The notes: generated by a model from the letters alone, not told the origin. A DNA stretch of 64,000 nt from Nanobdellota archaeon (GCA_038046385.1 JBBSWH010000004.1:9291-73290); one strand, 5' to 3'; shown: positions 1 through 10,070, counted from the stretch's first letter. Translations and numbers: made by a program.

Positions 1-979
1 AGCGTCTTCAATGGCTGCCCTGATCTGTGCCTTGCCGGCGGAAGCTGCGCAATGTTATTATCGAAAAATGTTGTAACGTGATACTGCAGTAAGTCCCACA
101 AATCCTCGACGATGATTTCAGGCGCGCCTGCGTTGATGTTCTCAAACAGCCTCTGGTTTATCCTGACAATGTCGCCCATTTTGTGCGTAAGGTCGTCCTC
201 GCTTCTCTCTCCTGATTCAAGCGTGATTGAAGGCCTCATTGTAACTGGAGGAATTGCAAGCACTGTCAAAACCATCCATTCAGGCCTTACGTGAGGGACT
301 TTTAATCCGAATATCTCGCAGTCTGAATCTGGTATTTTTTCAAGCCTTGCCCTTATTTCGATTGGGCTTATCCTCTTGTCTTCTTCAATGAAAGTTGTAG
401 GCTTTTCAAGCGTGATTTTTTTCTGCTTTGCCTTGCAGTTAGGGCACTTGTTGATTGTTTTCAGGCTTGCAATTATGTCCTTTATCTTCTGCCTTCTGTC
501 CTCAACTCCTGCCTCTTTTTCAATCTGGTCAAGCTGTTCCTTTATCTTTGGAATTTTATTGTCCGGAATCAGTATTCTTCCACACTCCCTGCACGTGCAC
601 TTGACCATTGTCATGACTATGTTTACAAATTTGACGTGTATGATTGGCCTTGCAAGCTCTATGTATCCGAAATGTCCGATGCATTCTTTTAATTTTGAGC
701 CGCATGTCTTGCATCTTAATCCCGGGTCAATTACCCCTAATCTTATGTCCATCAGTCCGCCGTCAACAGGATAGCCTTCCTTGTCGTAAAGTTCCGGCGT
801 TACAATCTTTGCAGACGCCATCTTCTTTATCATCTTTGGGCTTAAAACTGAGAATGCGATGCTTCTGACTTGTTTGAAAATGTGCTGCTCTTCCATCTCT
901 ATTCTTTCGTGCTTTTCTTCCTTAGGCCCTTCTATTGCCTGCTGGACTTCTGCCGCTTCGTTTTGTTTTTCGTCTGCCA
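1..979 (-). CDS. rpoA1: DNA-directed RNA polymerase subunit A' (Rpo1N), N-terminal part; 3' end lies outside the window
   Basis: Not in the ORF track because it runs off the window edge. Manual minus-strand translation from ATG at 979 gives MADEKQNEAAEVQQAIEGPKEEKHERIEMEEQHIFKQVRSIAFSVLSPKMIKKMASAKIVTPELYDKEGYPVDGGLMDIRLGVIDPGLRCKTCGSKLKECIGHFGYIELARPIIHV... This is the conserved N-terminal clamp and Zn-binding region of Rpo1N/Rpb1. Confidence 0.9.
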
Positions 980-1012
980 TTTTATTTTGAGTTATTTTTA
1001 ATTTTTATTTGA

Positions 1013-2170
1013 TTATTTTTCTTTGCCCTTTGTCTGCTGCTTTACTGCCAGTGTCGGAAGCCCTGTTCCAATCGGAACCGGCTGGTTAATCATTACGTTC
1101 TCGACAACCGAGTTCAAATTATCAGTTTCTCCGACAAGAGCTGCATTTATTATGTGCTTGATTGGAGTTTCGAAAGATGCCCTTGCAAGGACGCTGGATT
1201 TCTCCGAGACAACGCCGTATCTTGTTATCCCTTTAAGTGTTCCGCTGATGCACATTGTGTCAGCGACAAGCATAATATGCCTTAAGTCTACATTCAGCCC
1301 CTGGCTTTCTATGACTTTGGATATTTCATTTATTATTGCCTGCCTTGCAGCTTCTATTCCCAAAACCTGCTCAATTTCGAATACGTTGTTTGTTGTTGTC
1401 CTGTAAGCATCAACTTCTTCAAGCTGCAGAATATCTGCAAGATTTGTGCCGGATGTTATGATTATAAATTCCTCTTCTCTCTTTACAGGAAGAACCTGCA
1501 TGATTCCCTTGATTCCTTTTATTGTAATTTCTTTTACTTTTTCCTTTGTCTTGTACGCATCGTTGAAAGTGTCTTCTTTGCTTCTTGCCTTCAGGATTAC
1601 TGTGTCTTTGTTGTCTCTTATGTTGTATCCCTTAAGCTGCTTTGAGATTGCATCAACAACCTTCCCCGTTGTGACTTCAATCACTTTCATCTTGTCCTTG
1701 TCAAGCTTTATCTCGATTGTCAAATCCGCGATGTTGATTGTGAATTCTGTTGAAATGTCCTTTAGTGTTGTTTCCTTTATCTGCATTGCAAGCTGCTTCA
1801 AATCTTCAATATTCTTTCCGCTTGAATAATGCTTCTTGAGGTAAATCTCCATCATTGAATTTGCAAGCTCTTTTCTTCCATCAAGAATTTCAATTATTCT
1901 AGGAAGTCCAAGTGTGACGTTCATCTCCGCAACTCCTGCGAAGTGGAATGTGTTCAATGTCATCTGCGTTCCCGGCTCGCCGATTGATTCTGCTGAGATT
2001 AATCCGACTGATTCTCCAGGATGAACGCGTGCTGTCATGTACTCTTTGTGTATTGCTTCAAGTATTTTCTTGATTTTTGTATCGCTTGCGCCCTTAGGCA
2101 TATTCTCTTTTATTTCCTCAATTATTTTAGGAGGAAGCTTGCCTTCGTATTCTGATATTAGGTCTGCCAT
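1013..2170 (-). CDS. rpoA2: DNA-directed RNA polymerase subunit A'' (Rpo1C)
   Basis: Track ORF 1013..2230. The likely start is [10 protein letters not shown] at 2170, 1 nt after the rpoB' stop. Trigger-loop block [20 protein letters not shown], then [28 protein letters not shown] and C-terminal PVPIGTG. Confidence 0.93.
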   Translation of the reverse strand: MADLISEYEGKLPPKIIEEIKENMPKGASDTKIKKILEAIHKEYMTARVHPGESVGLISAESIGEPGTQMTLNTFHFAGVAEMNVTLGLPRIIEILDGRKELANSMMEIYLKKHYSSGKNIEDLKQLAMQIKETTLKDISTEFTINIADLTIEIKLDKDKMKVIEVTTGKVVDAISKQLKGYNIRDNKDTVILKARSKEDTFNDAYKTKEKVKEITIKGIKGIMQVLPVKREEEFIIITSGTNLADILQLEEVDAYRTTTNNVFEIEQVLGIEAARQAIINEISKVIESQGLNVDLRHIMLVADTMCISGTLKGITRYGVVSEKSSVLARASFETPIKHIINAALVGETDNLNSVVENVMINQPVPIGTGLPTLAVKQQTKGKEK

Positions 2171-2171
2171 T

Positions 2172-3974
2172 TTAGTACTTGCTCTCCAGCTGCAGTTTAG
2201 GATAAATTCCCAATGACTTGAACTCGTCAAGCATCAGCTTAAATGCATAGCTTATCTCAATATCATTAACCTCTGTGTTTTCTCCGCAAACAGGGCAGTA
2301 AGACCTATTCTTGTAGTTGTCCTTGATTGCAATTATTCCGCATGACTCGCAAACCGGAACGATTGTCCTGTCTGAGTCAAATCTTTCCTTCAGCAATAAT
2401 GATGCTCCGTGCGCTACGAAAGTGTCTTTCTCCATCTCTCCCAGCCTTAATCCCCCTTCTTTTGCGCGCCCTTCTGTAGGCTGCCTTGTAAGCAATTGGA
2501 TTGGACCGCGTGCTCTTGAGTGGATTTTGTTTGCAACCATGTGCTTTAATTTTAAGTAGTACATATTTCCAACGAAGATTTTTGCAGTGTACTGCTCCCC
2601 GGTCTGTCCGTTGTAGAAAACTTCCATTCCGCTTTCCTCAAATCCAAGCGAAAGCAGTTCTTTCCTCAGCCTTTCTTCCGGCTCTGCGTCGAATGTTGTC
2701 CCATTGACATATCTTCCTGCCAATGCGCCGACTTTTCCTGCAACCATCTCTATCAGGTGCGCAATCGTCATTCTTGATGGTATTCCGTGAGGTGAGAATA
2801 TCAAATCTGGAACTATCCCCTTTGATGAAAATGGCATGTCGCTCTGAGGAACAATTAATCCAACAATTCCTTTTTGTCCGTGCCTTGATGTGAATTTATC
2901 TCCTGTTTCTGGAACTCTCTCGTCTCTCAGTCTTACCTGAATCAGCTTGTTTCCTTCCTCGTTTTCTGTGAGCAAAACAAAGTCAACAACCCCTTCCTCG
3001 CCGTGTTTTAAATTGATTGACGATTCTCTCCTTGTGCTTGATGCAAGTGAGTATTCTTCCATTGATGATAAGAATCTTGGCGGCGACGTCTTTCCGATTA
3101 CAACATCCCCTTCCTTGACTTTTGCTTCAGGATAAATTATTCCGTCATCTTCCAAGAATCTGTAATCTTTTTCTGTTTTATATCCTTTGACGTCTTTGTC
3201 AGGAATCCCCACCTGATCAATTAATCCGCCGGCGTATCTCAATTCTTCTGCAATTGCAGGCCTGAAATATGTTGATCTTCCGAATCCTCTTTCTATGGAT
3301 CCGTTGTTTAGTATGATTGCGTCTTCCATGTTATATCCTTTATAGCTCATGATTGCAACAACAATGTTTTGTCCCGCAGGATGCTTGTCGTAGTCTGAAA
3401 TATCGTGCATGATTGTGTTGACAATCGGCTTTTGCGCATATTGGAGCAGGTTTACATCCATGTCCATTCTTACAGAAAAGTTTGCTGCATAAAATCCAAG
3501 AGCCTGCTTCTGGTTCTTTGCCCCTGCGTTTAATCTCGTTGATTGGTTGAAATTTCCGTAAGGAACAAGTGATGAGCAGTGGCCCAGCATTGCAAGCGGC
3601 GTTATCTCAAGATGAGTATGGTCTGGTGTTAATTCATTTTCAAAGAATGCAACAAGCACATTTTCTTCTTCTGCTGAATCAAGATGTTCAATTACTCCCT
3701 GTTTGACTAAATCTGACCAAGATATTTCGTTCTTCTCAAGCTGCTTCATATGCTTTTCTGTAAGCAGCGGAACTCCGTCTTTCACAATTATCAATGGCCT
3801 TCTTGCCCTGCCTTTTGAGGATTCAATCTGAACTTCATTCAGCTTGTCATTGTAATAAACATTGACTGTCTCTGCAACAATTCCTTTTCTTCTTTCTTCT
3901 TTTATTTTCTGAGAGAATTCTATAGGATTGTCTATTGTTCCGACGAATTTGCTGTTTAAGTAGACTTCTGCCAT
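2172..3974 (-). CDS. rpoB1: DNA-directed RNA polymerase subunit B' (C-terminal half of subunit B)
   Basis: 600 aa. Contains [12 protein letters not shown] and LGEMEKD, plus a C-terminal Zn ribbon CESCG...CPVCG. Directly abuts rpoB''. Confidence 0.93.
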   Translation of the reverse strand: MAEVYLNSKFVGTIDNPIEFSQKIKEERRKGIVAETVNVYYNDKLNEVQIESSKGRARRPLIIVKDGVPLLTEKHMKQLEKNEISWSDLVKQGVIEHLDSAEEENVLVAFFENELTPDHTHLEITPLAMLGHCSSLVPYGNFNQSTRLNAGAKNQKQALGFYAANFSVRMDMDVNLLQYAQKPIVNTIMHDISDYDKHPAGQNIVVAIMSYKGYNMEDAIILNNGSIERGFGRSTYFRPAIAEELRYAGGLIDQVGIPDKDVKGYKTEKDYRFLEDDGIIYPEAKVKEGDVVIGKTSPPRFLSSMEEYSLASSTRRESSINLKHGEEGVVDFVLLTENEEGNKLIQVRLRDERVPETGDKFTSRHGQKGIVGLIVPQSDMPFSSKGIVPDLIFSPHGIPSRMTIAHLIEMVAGKVGALAGRYVNGTTFDAEPEERLRKELLSLGFEESGMEVFYNGQTGEQYTAKIFVGNMYYLKLKHMVANKIHSRARGPIQLLTRQPTEGRAKEGGLRLGEMEKDTFVAHGASLLLKERFDSDRTIVPVCESCGIIAIKDNYKNRSYCPVCGENTEVNDIEISYAFKLMLDEFKSLGIYPKLQLESKY

Positions 3975-3975
3975 T

Positions 3976-5466
3976 TTATTTTACCGCCTTCAGGCCAAGA
4001 GCCTTCATTGACTTCAAAACATCTTCTTCGTTAGTGCTTCCTGATATTGTGCACAGCAATGCAAGGTTTTTTCTCAATCCGATGTTTGTTCCTTCTGGAG
4101 TTTCAATAGGGCATAATCTTCCAAGGTGCGTCGGGTGAAGCTCTCTTGCCTCAAAATTCTCCTGTGATGCGCTCAGTGGAGAAACAACCCTCTGCAAATG
4201 GGATATTGTTTCAAGATAATTCAGTCTCTGTATCCTCTGGCTGATTCCCTTTCTTCCGCCGACCCATACTCCTGTGGCCATTGAAGAATAAATTCTCTGG
4301 GTAAGAAGCTTGTCCCTTATGATTACTTTTATTGAAGGGAATTTTCCCCTCTTAACGATTCTCTGGAAATTATAAAGCAAGTCTCCGATAAGAACTTTTA
4401 AGTTTAATCTCAGAAGGTCTGCAAGCAGGTCGCCGCTCATCTTAAGCCTTTTATTCATGTAATGGTCTTTGTCATCTGTTCCGATTTCCCCGTTTGAAGC
4501 GAGGAGATATTTCTTGAGCATCTTGCACAGGTTGTGCGCTTTGGAAAGCCTGTCTTCTGTCCTTATTCCTATATGCGGCAAAAGATATTTGTCAATTATT
4601 TCCTTTGTCCTTTCTATCCTTATCTCTTTTGACTGGGTGATGCCTATTTTCTTTGCAATGTAGTCAAGAGCATCTTCTTCTGTCTTGATTGAAACGAACT
4701 CCATAAGGTTAATTATGACCTCGTCAAACTGCCTGTCTGAAGAAATGAATTTTGTGATTTCCTCGTCTTTAAGAAGGCCAAGCGCCTTAATCACCGGGAT
4801 AATCGGAATTCTTTTTACTCTTGTAAATGTCAGATAAAACAATCCGTCTTTCATCTTTTCAACAGTATGCGGAATCTTGAATGATCCGTACTCGGAAAAA
4901 AGTTTTCCGACAGTATGGCTCGGGCCTGTTGTGTCTTTTTCTATCAGGAACCTGTTTGATGCAAGATCCTCTATTGTAATTATGACTTTTTCTGTCCCGT
5001 TGATTATGAAATATCCTCCTGGCTCGTCAGGGTCTTCTCCTTTTGCAATCAGCTCGTCCCTATTCAGCTTATGCAGATGGCACCACTTGCTCTTCAGCAT
5101 TATCGGAAGGTTTCCAATTTGCGTGTCAAATGATTCTCTCTGGACGCCGTTGATGTGCGCAGAAACAGTTATCCATGTCGGAGCAGAATATGTTATTTTT
5201 CTTAATCTTGCTTCCATCGGGTAAATATTTCTTGATGATCCGTCTGCTTCTATCATCTTTGGCTTTTCTACCCAGATTTTGTCAAGCTTGATTTTAAACT
5301 CGTCAATGTTATGCGGGATTATTGTAGGAATAATCTCCCTGTTCTCCTCTATTATAACAAAAAGCTCCTTGTCTATGAAATTGTTGAAAGAATCTATGTC
5401 TGAATCTACGGAACTCTGCTCCTCAAAATATTTTTGGATAAGTGTCTTGCCGTATTTATACATCAA
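3976..5466 (-). CDS. rpoB2: DNA-directed RNA polymerase subunit B'' (N-terminal half of subunit B)
   Basis: 496 aa ending in the conserved CPIETPEGTNIGLRKNLA block. Its stop is 1 nt before the rpoB' start, so this is a split B subunit. Confidence 0.92.
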   Translation of the reverse strand: MMYKYGKTLIQKYFEEQSSVDSDIDSFNNFIDKELFVIIEENREIIPTIIPHNIDEFKIKLDKIWVEKPKMIEADGSSRNIYPMEARLRKITYSAPTWITVSAHINGVQRESFDTQIGNLPIMLKSKWCHLHKLNRDELIAKGEDPDEPGGYFIINGTEKVIITIEDLASNRFLIEKDTTGPSHTVGKLFSEYGSFKIPHTVEKMKDGLFYLTFTRVKRIPIIPVIKALGLLKDEEITKFISSDRQFDEVIINLMEFVSIKTEEDALDYIAKKIGITQSKEIRIERTKEIIDKYLLPHIGIRTEDRLSKAHNLCKMLKKYLLASNGEIGTDDKDHYMNKRLKMSGDLLADLLRLNLKVLIGDLLYNFQRIVKRGKFPSIKVIIRDKLLTQRIYSSMATGVWVGGRKGISQRIQRLNYLETISHLQRVVSPLSASQENFEARELHPTHLGRLCPIETPEGTNIGLRKNLALLCTISGSTNEEDVLKSMKALGLKAVK

Positions 5467-5701
5467 TTACCACCCTGTAAAAAATTGATTCCCCTGCTGT
5501 CGGGCTTTTTCTCGTTATTTTTATGACATCTCCTGGTTTTGTATCGAGATCTTTTATTGCGGAATCTGTCTTGAACATTTTTGGCATTTCCTTAGAAGTT
5601 ACATGATACTTTTCAAATAGGTTTGATTTTTCCTTCTCGCTCAATTTAGAGTGCTTAGGAGTCAGAGTGTGCTTGTCAACCTTAAATTTTACTTTCTTCA
5701 T
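5456..5701 (-). CDS. rpoH: DNA-directed RNA polymerase subunit H (Rpb5-like)
   Basis: 81 aa with C-terminal GDVIKITRKSPTAGESIFYRVV typical of RpoH. It is the first gene of the rpoH-B-A operon. Confidence 0.85.
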   Translation of the reverse strand: MKKVKFKVDKHTLTPKHSKLSEKEKSNLFEKYHVTSKEMPKMFKTDSAIKDLDTKPGDVIKITRKSPTAGESIFYRVVIDV

Positions 5702-5766
5702 GTTACAGTATCAATTATGCGCTGTATGGAAAATCTTCCCAACGTTTTTTTGTCTTTGATTGTAAG

Positions 5767-5899
5767 TGGGCCGGACGAGATTCGGACTCGCGACCACCTG
5801 ATTAAAAGTTTCACCCTGGCCTTTTGCAAGGCTCCTATGACAGGTGCTCTATTGCCCGATTGCAATGAATCGGCAACCACCAGGCTGAGCTACCGGCCC
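5767..5899 (-). tRNA. tRNA-Lys(UUU) with two putative introns (D-loop and anticodon stem, both non-canonical positions)
   Basis: Minus strand reads GGGCCGGTAGCTCAGCCTGGT[GGTTGCCGATTCATTGCAATCGGGCAAT]AGAGCACCTG[TCATAGGAGCCTTGCAAAAGGCCAGGGTGAA]ACTTTTAATCAGGTGGTCGCGAGTCCGAATCTCGTCCGGCCCA. Removing the bracketed segments gives a cloverleaf with anticodon arm CCTGA-CTTTTAA-TCAGG. Exact intron borders are inferred. The T-loop reads TCCGAAT (C at position 55), which is unusual. Confidence 0.75.
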
Positions 5900-5909
5900 A
5901 TGATTAGTA

Positions 5910-6015
5910 CGCCCTGGTCGGGACTTTCATTCCACGAACGTTAATTCGCAGTTCTTTTGAACCCGAATCGAAGCCGCGACAGGGCTTCATGATAGCCGGA
6001 TTACACTACCAGGGC
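5910..6015 (-). tRNA. tRNA-Asp(GUC) with a putative T-loop intron
   Basis: Minus strand reads GCCCTGGTAGTGTAATCCGGCTATCATGAAGCCCTGTCGCGGCTTCGATTCGGGTTCAAA[AGAACTGCGAATTAACGTTCGTGGAATGAAA]GTCCCGACCAGGGCG. Anticodon arm is AAGCC-CTGTCGC-GGCTT. The T stem TCGGG/CCCGA is separated by about 31 extra nt. Confidence 0.8.
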
Positions 6016-6244
6016 ATGAAGCGGCTCTGGAAAATAGGAATCCACCAATAGATAAAACAATGACGAAATCATAGTCTTTTGTCTAAAGAAGGATTAATTC
6101 CCATCTGCTCTGGGATTACAAGGTTATTTATAAAGGTTGCGGTGGACATATAACAATATTAGTGACACAGGAAAACAGGCTAAATTGCCTTATTTATAGT
6201 ATATTAATACTAAGTTTTGGGTTGAATATGGAAAAGTGCCATAA

Positions 6245-6448
6245 TTTGTTGAAAATAACAGTTTTGCCATCACTATGTGAGCATTTTCTACAATAACATT
6301 TAACAAGAAGGAAATATTCAAAAATGGACATTTTTGAATTTCGAAAATCCTATGGATTTTCTCTATGCAATGGGAATTCTTGTAATTCACTAAACTCATT
6401 CGATGCGAACGATGGCAAAACTAAACTTTAAGCTATATTTTCAACAAA
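6245..6448. repeat. Nested long inverted repeat enclosing two perfect hairpins (unassigned structured element or MITE-like)
   Basis: TTTGTTGAAAATA (6245..6257) pairs with TATTTTCAACAAA (6436..6448). GTTTTGCCATC (6261..6271) pairs with GATGGCAAAAC (6411..6421). Inner hairpins are ATTCAAAAATG-GA-CATTTTTGAAT (6316..6339) and GAAAATCC-TAT-GGATTTTC (6343..6361). Confidence 0.5.
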
Positions 6449-6497
6449 CTTGACTTTGTCAGATACCTTTAAATACCAAAATAAAATTCTTTTTCTC

Positions 6498-6608
6498 ATG
6501 AAGAGAAGTTCTCGCCGTTGGAAAAAGAAAAGGCAGATGAGATGGAAATGGCAGCGAAAAAGGATGAAGAAAGAGAGAAGGCTGCGTAAACAACACAGGA
6601 CCGGCTAA
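6498..6608 (+). CDS. rpl41e: Ribosomal protein L41e (36 aa, extremely basic)
   Basis: Below the ORF-track size cut-off. Manual translation gives MKRSSRRWKKKRQMRWKWQRKRMKKERRLRKQHRTG. The Arg/Lys-rich composition and length are typical of eL41. A TTTAAATA box lies about 23-30 nt upstream. Confidence 0.7.
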   Translation: MKRSSRRWKKKRQMRWKWQRKRMKKERRLRKQHRTG

Positions 6609-6647
6609 ACTTATATTTAGAATTATCAATATAATAGGGTGGTTTAA

Positions 6648-8000
6648 ATGTCAATGATGAACGATATTTCAAAGACTGACCCCGAAATATATGGGCTTCT
6701 AAAGAAAGAGCTTAATAGGCAACAAACCGGCCTTGAGATGATACCTTCTGAAAACAACGTCTCAAAAGCAGTTATGCAGGCAATGGGCTCTGTATTGACA
6801 AACAAGTACTCTGAAGGCTACCCTAAAAAGAGGTATTACGGCGGAAACCAATTCGCTGATGAAGTTGAAATTCTCGCAATAGAAAGATGCAAAAAAATTT
6901 TCAATGCTGTTCACGTCAATGTTCAGCCATATTCCGGAAGCCCGGCAAATTTTGCAGTGTACATGGCATTAATGCAGCCAGGGGAATGTGTAATGGGATT
7001 GAATTTATCTGACGGAGGCCATTTAACGCACGGATTCAAGGCGTCTACAACAGGCCAGATTTTCAAAAGTGTTCCATATCATGTAAAGCCAGACGGATAC
7101 ATCGATTTGGAAGAAGTTGAAAGGCTTGCCATCGAGAATAAGCCAAAATTAATCTGGGTCGGATACACAGCATATACGAGAGAATTTCCGTTTGAAGAAA
7201 TTTCAAGAATAGCAGACAAAGTAGGCGCATATCTTGCAGCAGACATTGCGCATATTTCCGGATTGGTTGCAGCAGGAATTCACAAAAGCCCGTCGCCATT
7301 TGCCCACATTATAACAACTACAACTCACAAGACTTTTAGAGGCCCTCGCGGAGGAATTATAATGGTTACCCAGAAAGGTCTAGACAAGGATCCTGAGCTT
7401 TCTGCAAAAATAGACAAAGCGGTTTTCCCTGGACTTCAAGGGGGCCCTCACGATCATACAACTGCAGCAATCGCTGTTGCACTGAAAGAAATGATGCAGC
7501 CAGAATTCAAAGTATATGCAGAGCAGATTATAAAAAACTCAAGAGCATTGGCAAAATCATTGATGGCAAACGGAATGAAAGTTGTAACAAACGGATCTGA
7601 TAACCATATGGTTCTTATTGATTTGACCCCATTCGGAAAAGGAAAGGGTGTTTTTGCACAGGATGCGCTTGATGAAGCTAATATTACAATGAACAAAAAC
7701 ACAATTCCTGCTGATCCCTCGTCTCCATTTTATCCAAGCGGAGTTCGTATGGGAACTCCTTCATTGACAACTCGCGGTATGAAGGAAAAAGAGATGGAGC
7801 TTATTGGAAAATGGATTGTAGATGTTGTAAAAGAGATTGGAAAATATGAACTGCCTGCAGACAAGAAAGAAATTAATGACTATCTTAAAAAATTCAGGGA
7901 AGAAATCAAAAGCAATAATAAAATTCATCAGATAAGGAATGAAGTCATAGAACTTTGCAGTAAGTTTCCGTTGTATCCGGGATTTGATGTTTTGAAATAG
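6648..8000 (+). CDS. glyA: Serine hydroxymethyltransferase
   Basis: 450 aa with SENNVSKAVMQAMGSVLTNKYSEGYPKKRYYGG and the PLP-lysine block TTTTHKTFRGPRGG. Ends in TAG. Confidence 0.95.
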   Translation: MSMMNDISKTDPEIYGLLKKELNRQQTGLEMIPSENNVSKAVMQAMGSVLTNKYSEGYPKKRYYGGNQFADEVEILAIERCKKIFNAVHVNVQPYSGSPANFAVYMALMQPGECVMGLNLSDGGHLTHGFKASTTGQIFKSVPYHVKPDGYIDLEEVERLAIENKPKLIWVGYTAYTREFPFEEISRIADKVGAYLAADIAHISGLVAAGIHKSPSPFAHIITTTTHKTFRGPRGGIIMVTQKGLDKDPELSAKIDKAVFPGLQGGPHDHTTAAIAVALKEMMQPEFKVYAEQIIKNSRALAKSLMANGMKVVTNGSDNHMVLIDLTPFGKGKGVFAQDALDEANITMNKNTIPADPSSPFYPSGVRMGTPSLTTRGMKEKEMELIGKWIVDVVKEIGKYELPADKKEINDYLKKFREEIKSNNKIHQIRNEVIELCSKFPLYPGFDVLK

Positions 8001-8081
8001 ACTTTTACGGATATTCTCGAAAACTTATTGTTACTACAAAATAAGCAATATTTATATAACTATTTCTATTACCCCATACCT

Positions 8082-8513
8082 ATGACTCTGCCAGAAGTTG
8101 TTAACGCTAAAGCTGTAAAAGAATGGGTTGTTGTTGATTATCAAGATGGCTCAAAACTTTTTATTAAAGGGCTCCAGCCACCTGGTCCGCTTACAAGAAT
8201 AGATGATGTAGCTTTGTTGAGTCTTTATCAAAATGATGGTTTGGCTGCATTTGTTGTTAATCAGCCATCCAAAGATGCACGTCCTGAGGATAGGGGATTT
8301 CAGTCTGTTGGAGCAGTAAGCCAACAGCAGTTTGCTGAATACTTGGGTGCTGCTTTAAAATATTTTGAGAGCGTATCTGAAACAGGCAATCCAATATACG
8401 GAATGTTAGCCGGTTATGGTCAAAAGCCAAAAGAAGAGTTGTCAAAAGGAGCTTACAAGCCATTTGAAAGAAGCACTCCGTTCTTTGCAAGGTTAGAAGA
8501 CGCAAGGCTCTAA
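8082..8513 (+). CDS. Hypothetical protein
   Basis: Track ORF 8028..8513 starts at TTG. The ATG at 8082 (MTLPEVVNAK...) follows an ATATTTATATAA box and is preferred. No recognisable motif. Sits between glyA and folD. Confidence 0.5.
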   Translation: MTLPEVVNAKAVKEWVVVDYQDGSKLFIKGLQPPGPLTRIDDVALLSLYQNDGLAAFVVNQPSKDARPEDRGFQSVGAVSQQQFAEYLGAALKYFESVSETGNPIYGMLAGYGQKPKEELSKGAYKPFERSTPFFARLEDARL

Positions 8514-8557
8514 AAAAGCAGATACTTTTAAATACAAAATATCAATATTCTTTTACT

Positions 8558-9394
8558 ATGCCAGCAAAAATAATAGACGGCAACAAAATCGCAAAAAGCA
8601 TTCTAGATAATATAAAAAATAAAGTTAAGGTTATGAAGGAAAAGCCCGGCCTTGCTTTGGTTATGGTCGGCAGCAACCCTGCTTCTGAAGTCTATGTTAA
8701 TTTCAAGGAAAAAGACGCAAAAAAAACTGGTGTGTATTGCGAACGTTACAATCTTGAAGAGAAAACAACTCAAAATGATTTGCTCACGCTTCTTAACAAA
8801 CTAAACAACAATCCAAAAATACACGGATTGCTTGTCCAGCTGCCGTTGCCAAAACAAATTGACGAAAAAGTTGTAACAGATTCTATTCTTCCGCAAAAAG
8901 ATGTTGATGGTTTCACAACAGTAAACCTTGGAAGCTTGATGGCTGATAAAACAATCATAGCTCCTGCAACTGCAGTTGCAGTTATTCATCTTATTGAATC
9001 AACCGGGATAAAGATTGAAGGAAAGAACGCAGTTGTCATCGGAAGAAGCAACATTGTCGGAAAGCCTGTTGCATTGATGCTGATTGAAAAAAACGCAACA
9101 GTCACAGTATGCCATTCAAGGACAAAAAACATTTCCGATTACACAAAAAAAGCAGATATTCTTGTTGTTGCCGTTGGAAAGCCGAATCTGATAACAAAAG
9201 AAATGGTAAAAGAGGGCGCTGTTGTGATTGATGTCGGCATCAACAGAGTCAACGGAAAGCTTGTAGGCGACGTTGACTTTGAAAATGTAAAAAATGTTGC
9301 CGGCTTCATAACCCCGGTGCCAGGCGGCGTTGGCCCGATGACGCGCGCGATGCTGATGCAGAACACGCTGAAAGCGATGGAAATGAATAAATAA
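8558..9394 (+). CDS. folD: Bifunctional methylenetetrahydrofolate dehydrogenase/methenyl-THF cyclohydrolase
   Basis: 278 aa with VIGRSNIVGKPVALML and TPVPGGVGPMT, typical of FolD. Confidence 0.92.
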   Translation: MPAKIIDGNKIAKSILDNIKNKVKVMKEKPGLALVMVGSNPASEVYVNFKEKDAKKTGVYCERYNLEEKTTQNDLLTLLNKLNNNPKIHGLLVQLPLPKQIDEKVVTDSILPQKDVDGFTTVNLGSLMADKTIIAPATAVAVIHLIESTGIKIEGKNAVVIGRSNIVGKPVALMLIEKNATVTVCHSRTKNISDYTKKADILVVAVGKPNLITKEMVKEGAVVIDVGINRVNGKLVGDVDFENVKNVAGFITPVPGGVGPMTRAMLMQNTLKAMEMNK

Positions 9395-9461
9395 TTTTTC
9401 TGAATAATAAGTTCGATAGTTTTAAATACCTAGTTTCTTACCTTTTCATAGGGGGGATTTA

Positions 9462-10070
9462 ATGCTTCGTTTGGGTATTTTAGCGTCGACAAATGCGACA
9501 GATATGCAGGCTGTAATTGATGCTATAGAATCAAAGCGATTAAATGCCGTTATTTCTGTTGTTGTAAGCAACAAAAAAGATGCTTATGCTCTTGAAAGGG
9601 CAAAAAAACACAATATCAAATCTGTTTTCGTTGAATCAAAAGGCAAAGAACGAGAACACTATGACAGGGAAGTTGCAAATGTGCTTAATGAAAACAATGT
9701 TGAATTAATTCTTTTGATTGGCTACATGAGAATCTTGAGCCCGTTCTTCGTAAGAAAGTACAAAAACAAAATCATGAACATACATCCAAGCCTTCTTCCG
9801 GCATTCGCAGGCGGAATGGACAAAAATGTGCATGAGGAAGTTTTAAAAGCAAATGTGGAAATAACAGGCTGCACGCTCCATTTTGTGGATGAAAGCGTTG
9901 ACGGCGGCCCAATAATAATGCAGAAAGAAGTCAAAATAGAAAAAGGCGAAACTGTTGAATCATTGAAAAACAAAGTTCAAAATGCAGAGCAGGAGATAAT
10001 AGTTAAAGCAGTTGATTTATACAGCAAAGGAAAAATAAAAATTCATGATAACAAGGTGTCAATAGCTTGA
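9462..10070 (+). CDS. purN: Phosphoribosylglycinamide formyltransferase (folate-dependent)
   Basis: 202 aa with NIHPSLLPAFAGG and GCTLHFVDESVDGGPII. Confidence 0.9.
   Translation: MLRLGILASTNATDMQAVIDAIESKRLNAVISVVVSNKKDAYALERAKKHNIKSVFVESKGKEREHYDREVANVLNENNVELILLIGYMRILSPFFVRKYKNKIMNIHPSLLPAFAGGMDKNVHEEVLKANVEITGCTLHFVDESVDGGPIIMQKEVKIEKGETVESLKNKVQNAEQEIIVKAVDLYSKGKIKIHDNKVSIA

Noticed and set aside
112-868. Plus-strand track ORFs 112..294, 376..774 and 644..868, and an initial impression that rpoA' is missing from the RNAP operon
   Set aside because: They are antisense shadows. The minus strand of 1..979 translates cleanly into the conserved RpoA' N-terminus. That ORF was absent from the track only because it has no stop inside the window.
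6190-6399. 69-aa minus-strand ORF in the tRNA-L41e spacer
   Set aside because: It overlaps the palindromic element, has no SD or promoter context, and its translation is low-complexity. The region is better explained as non-coding structure.
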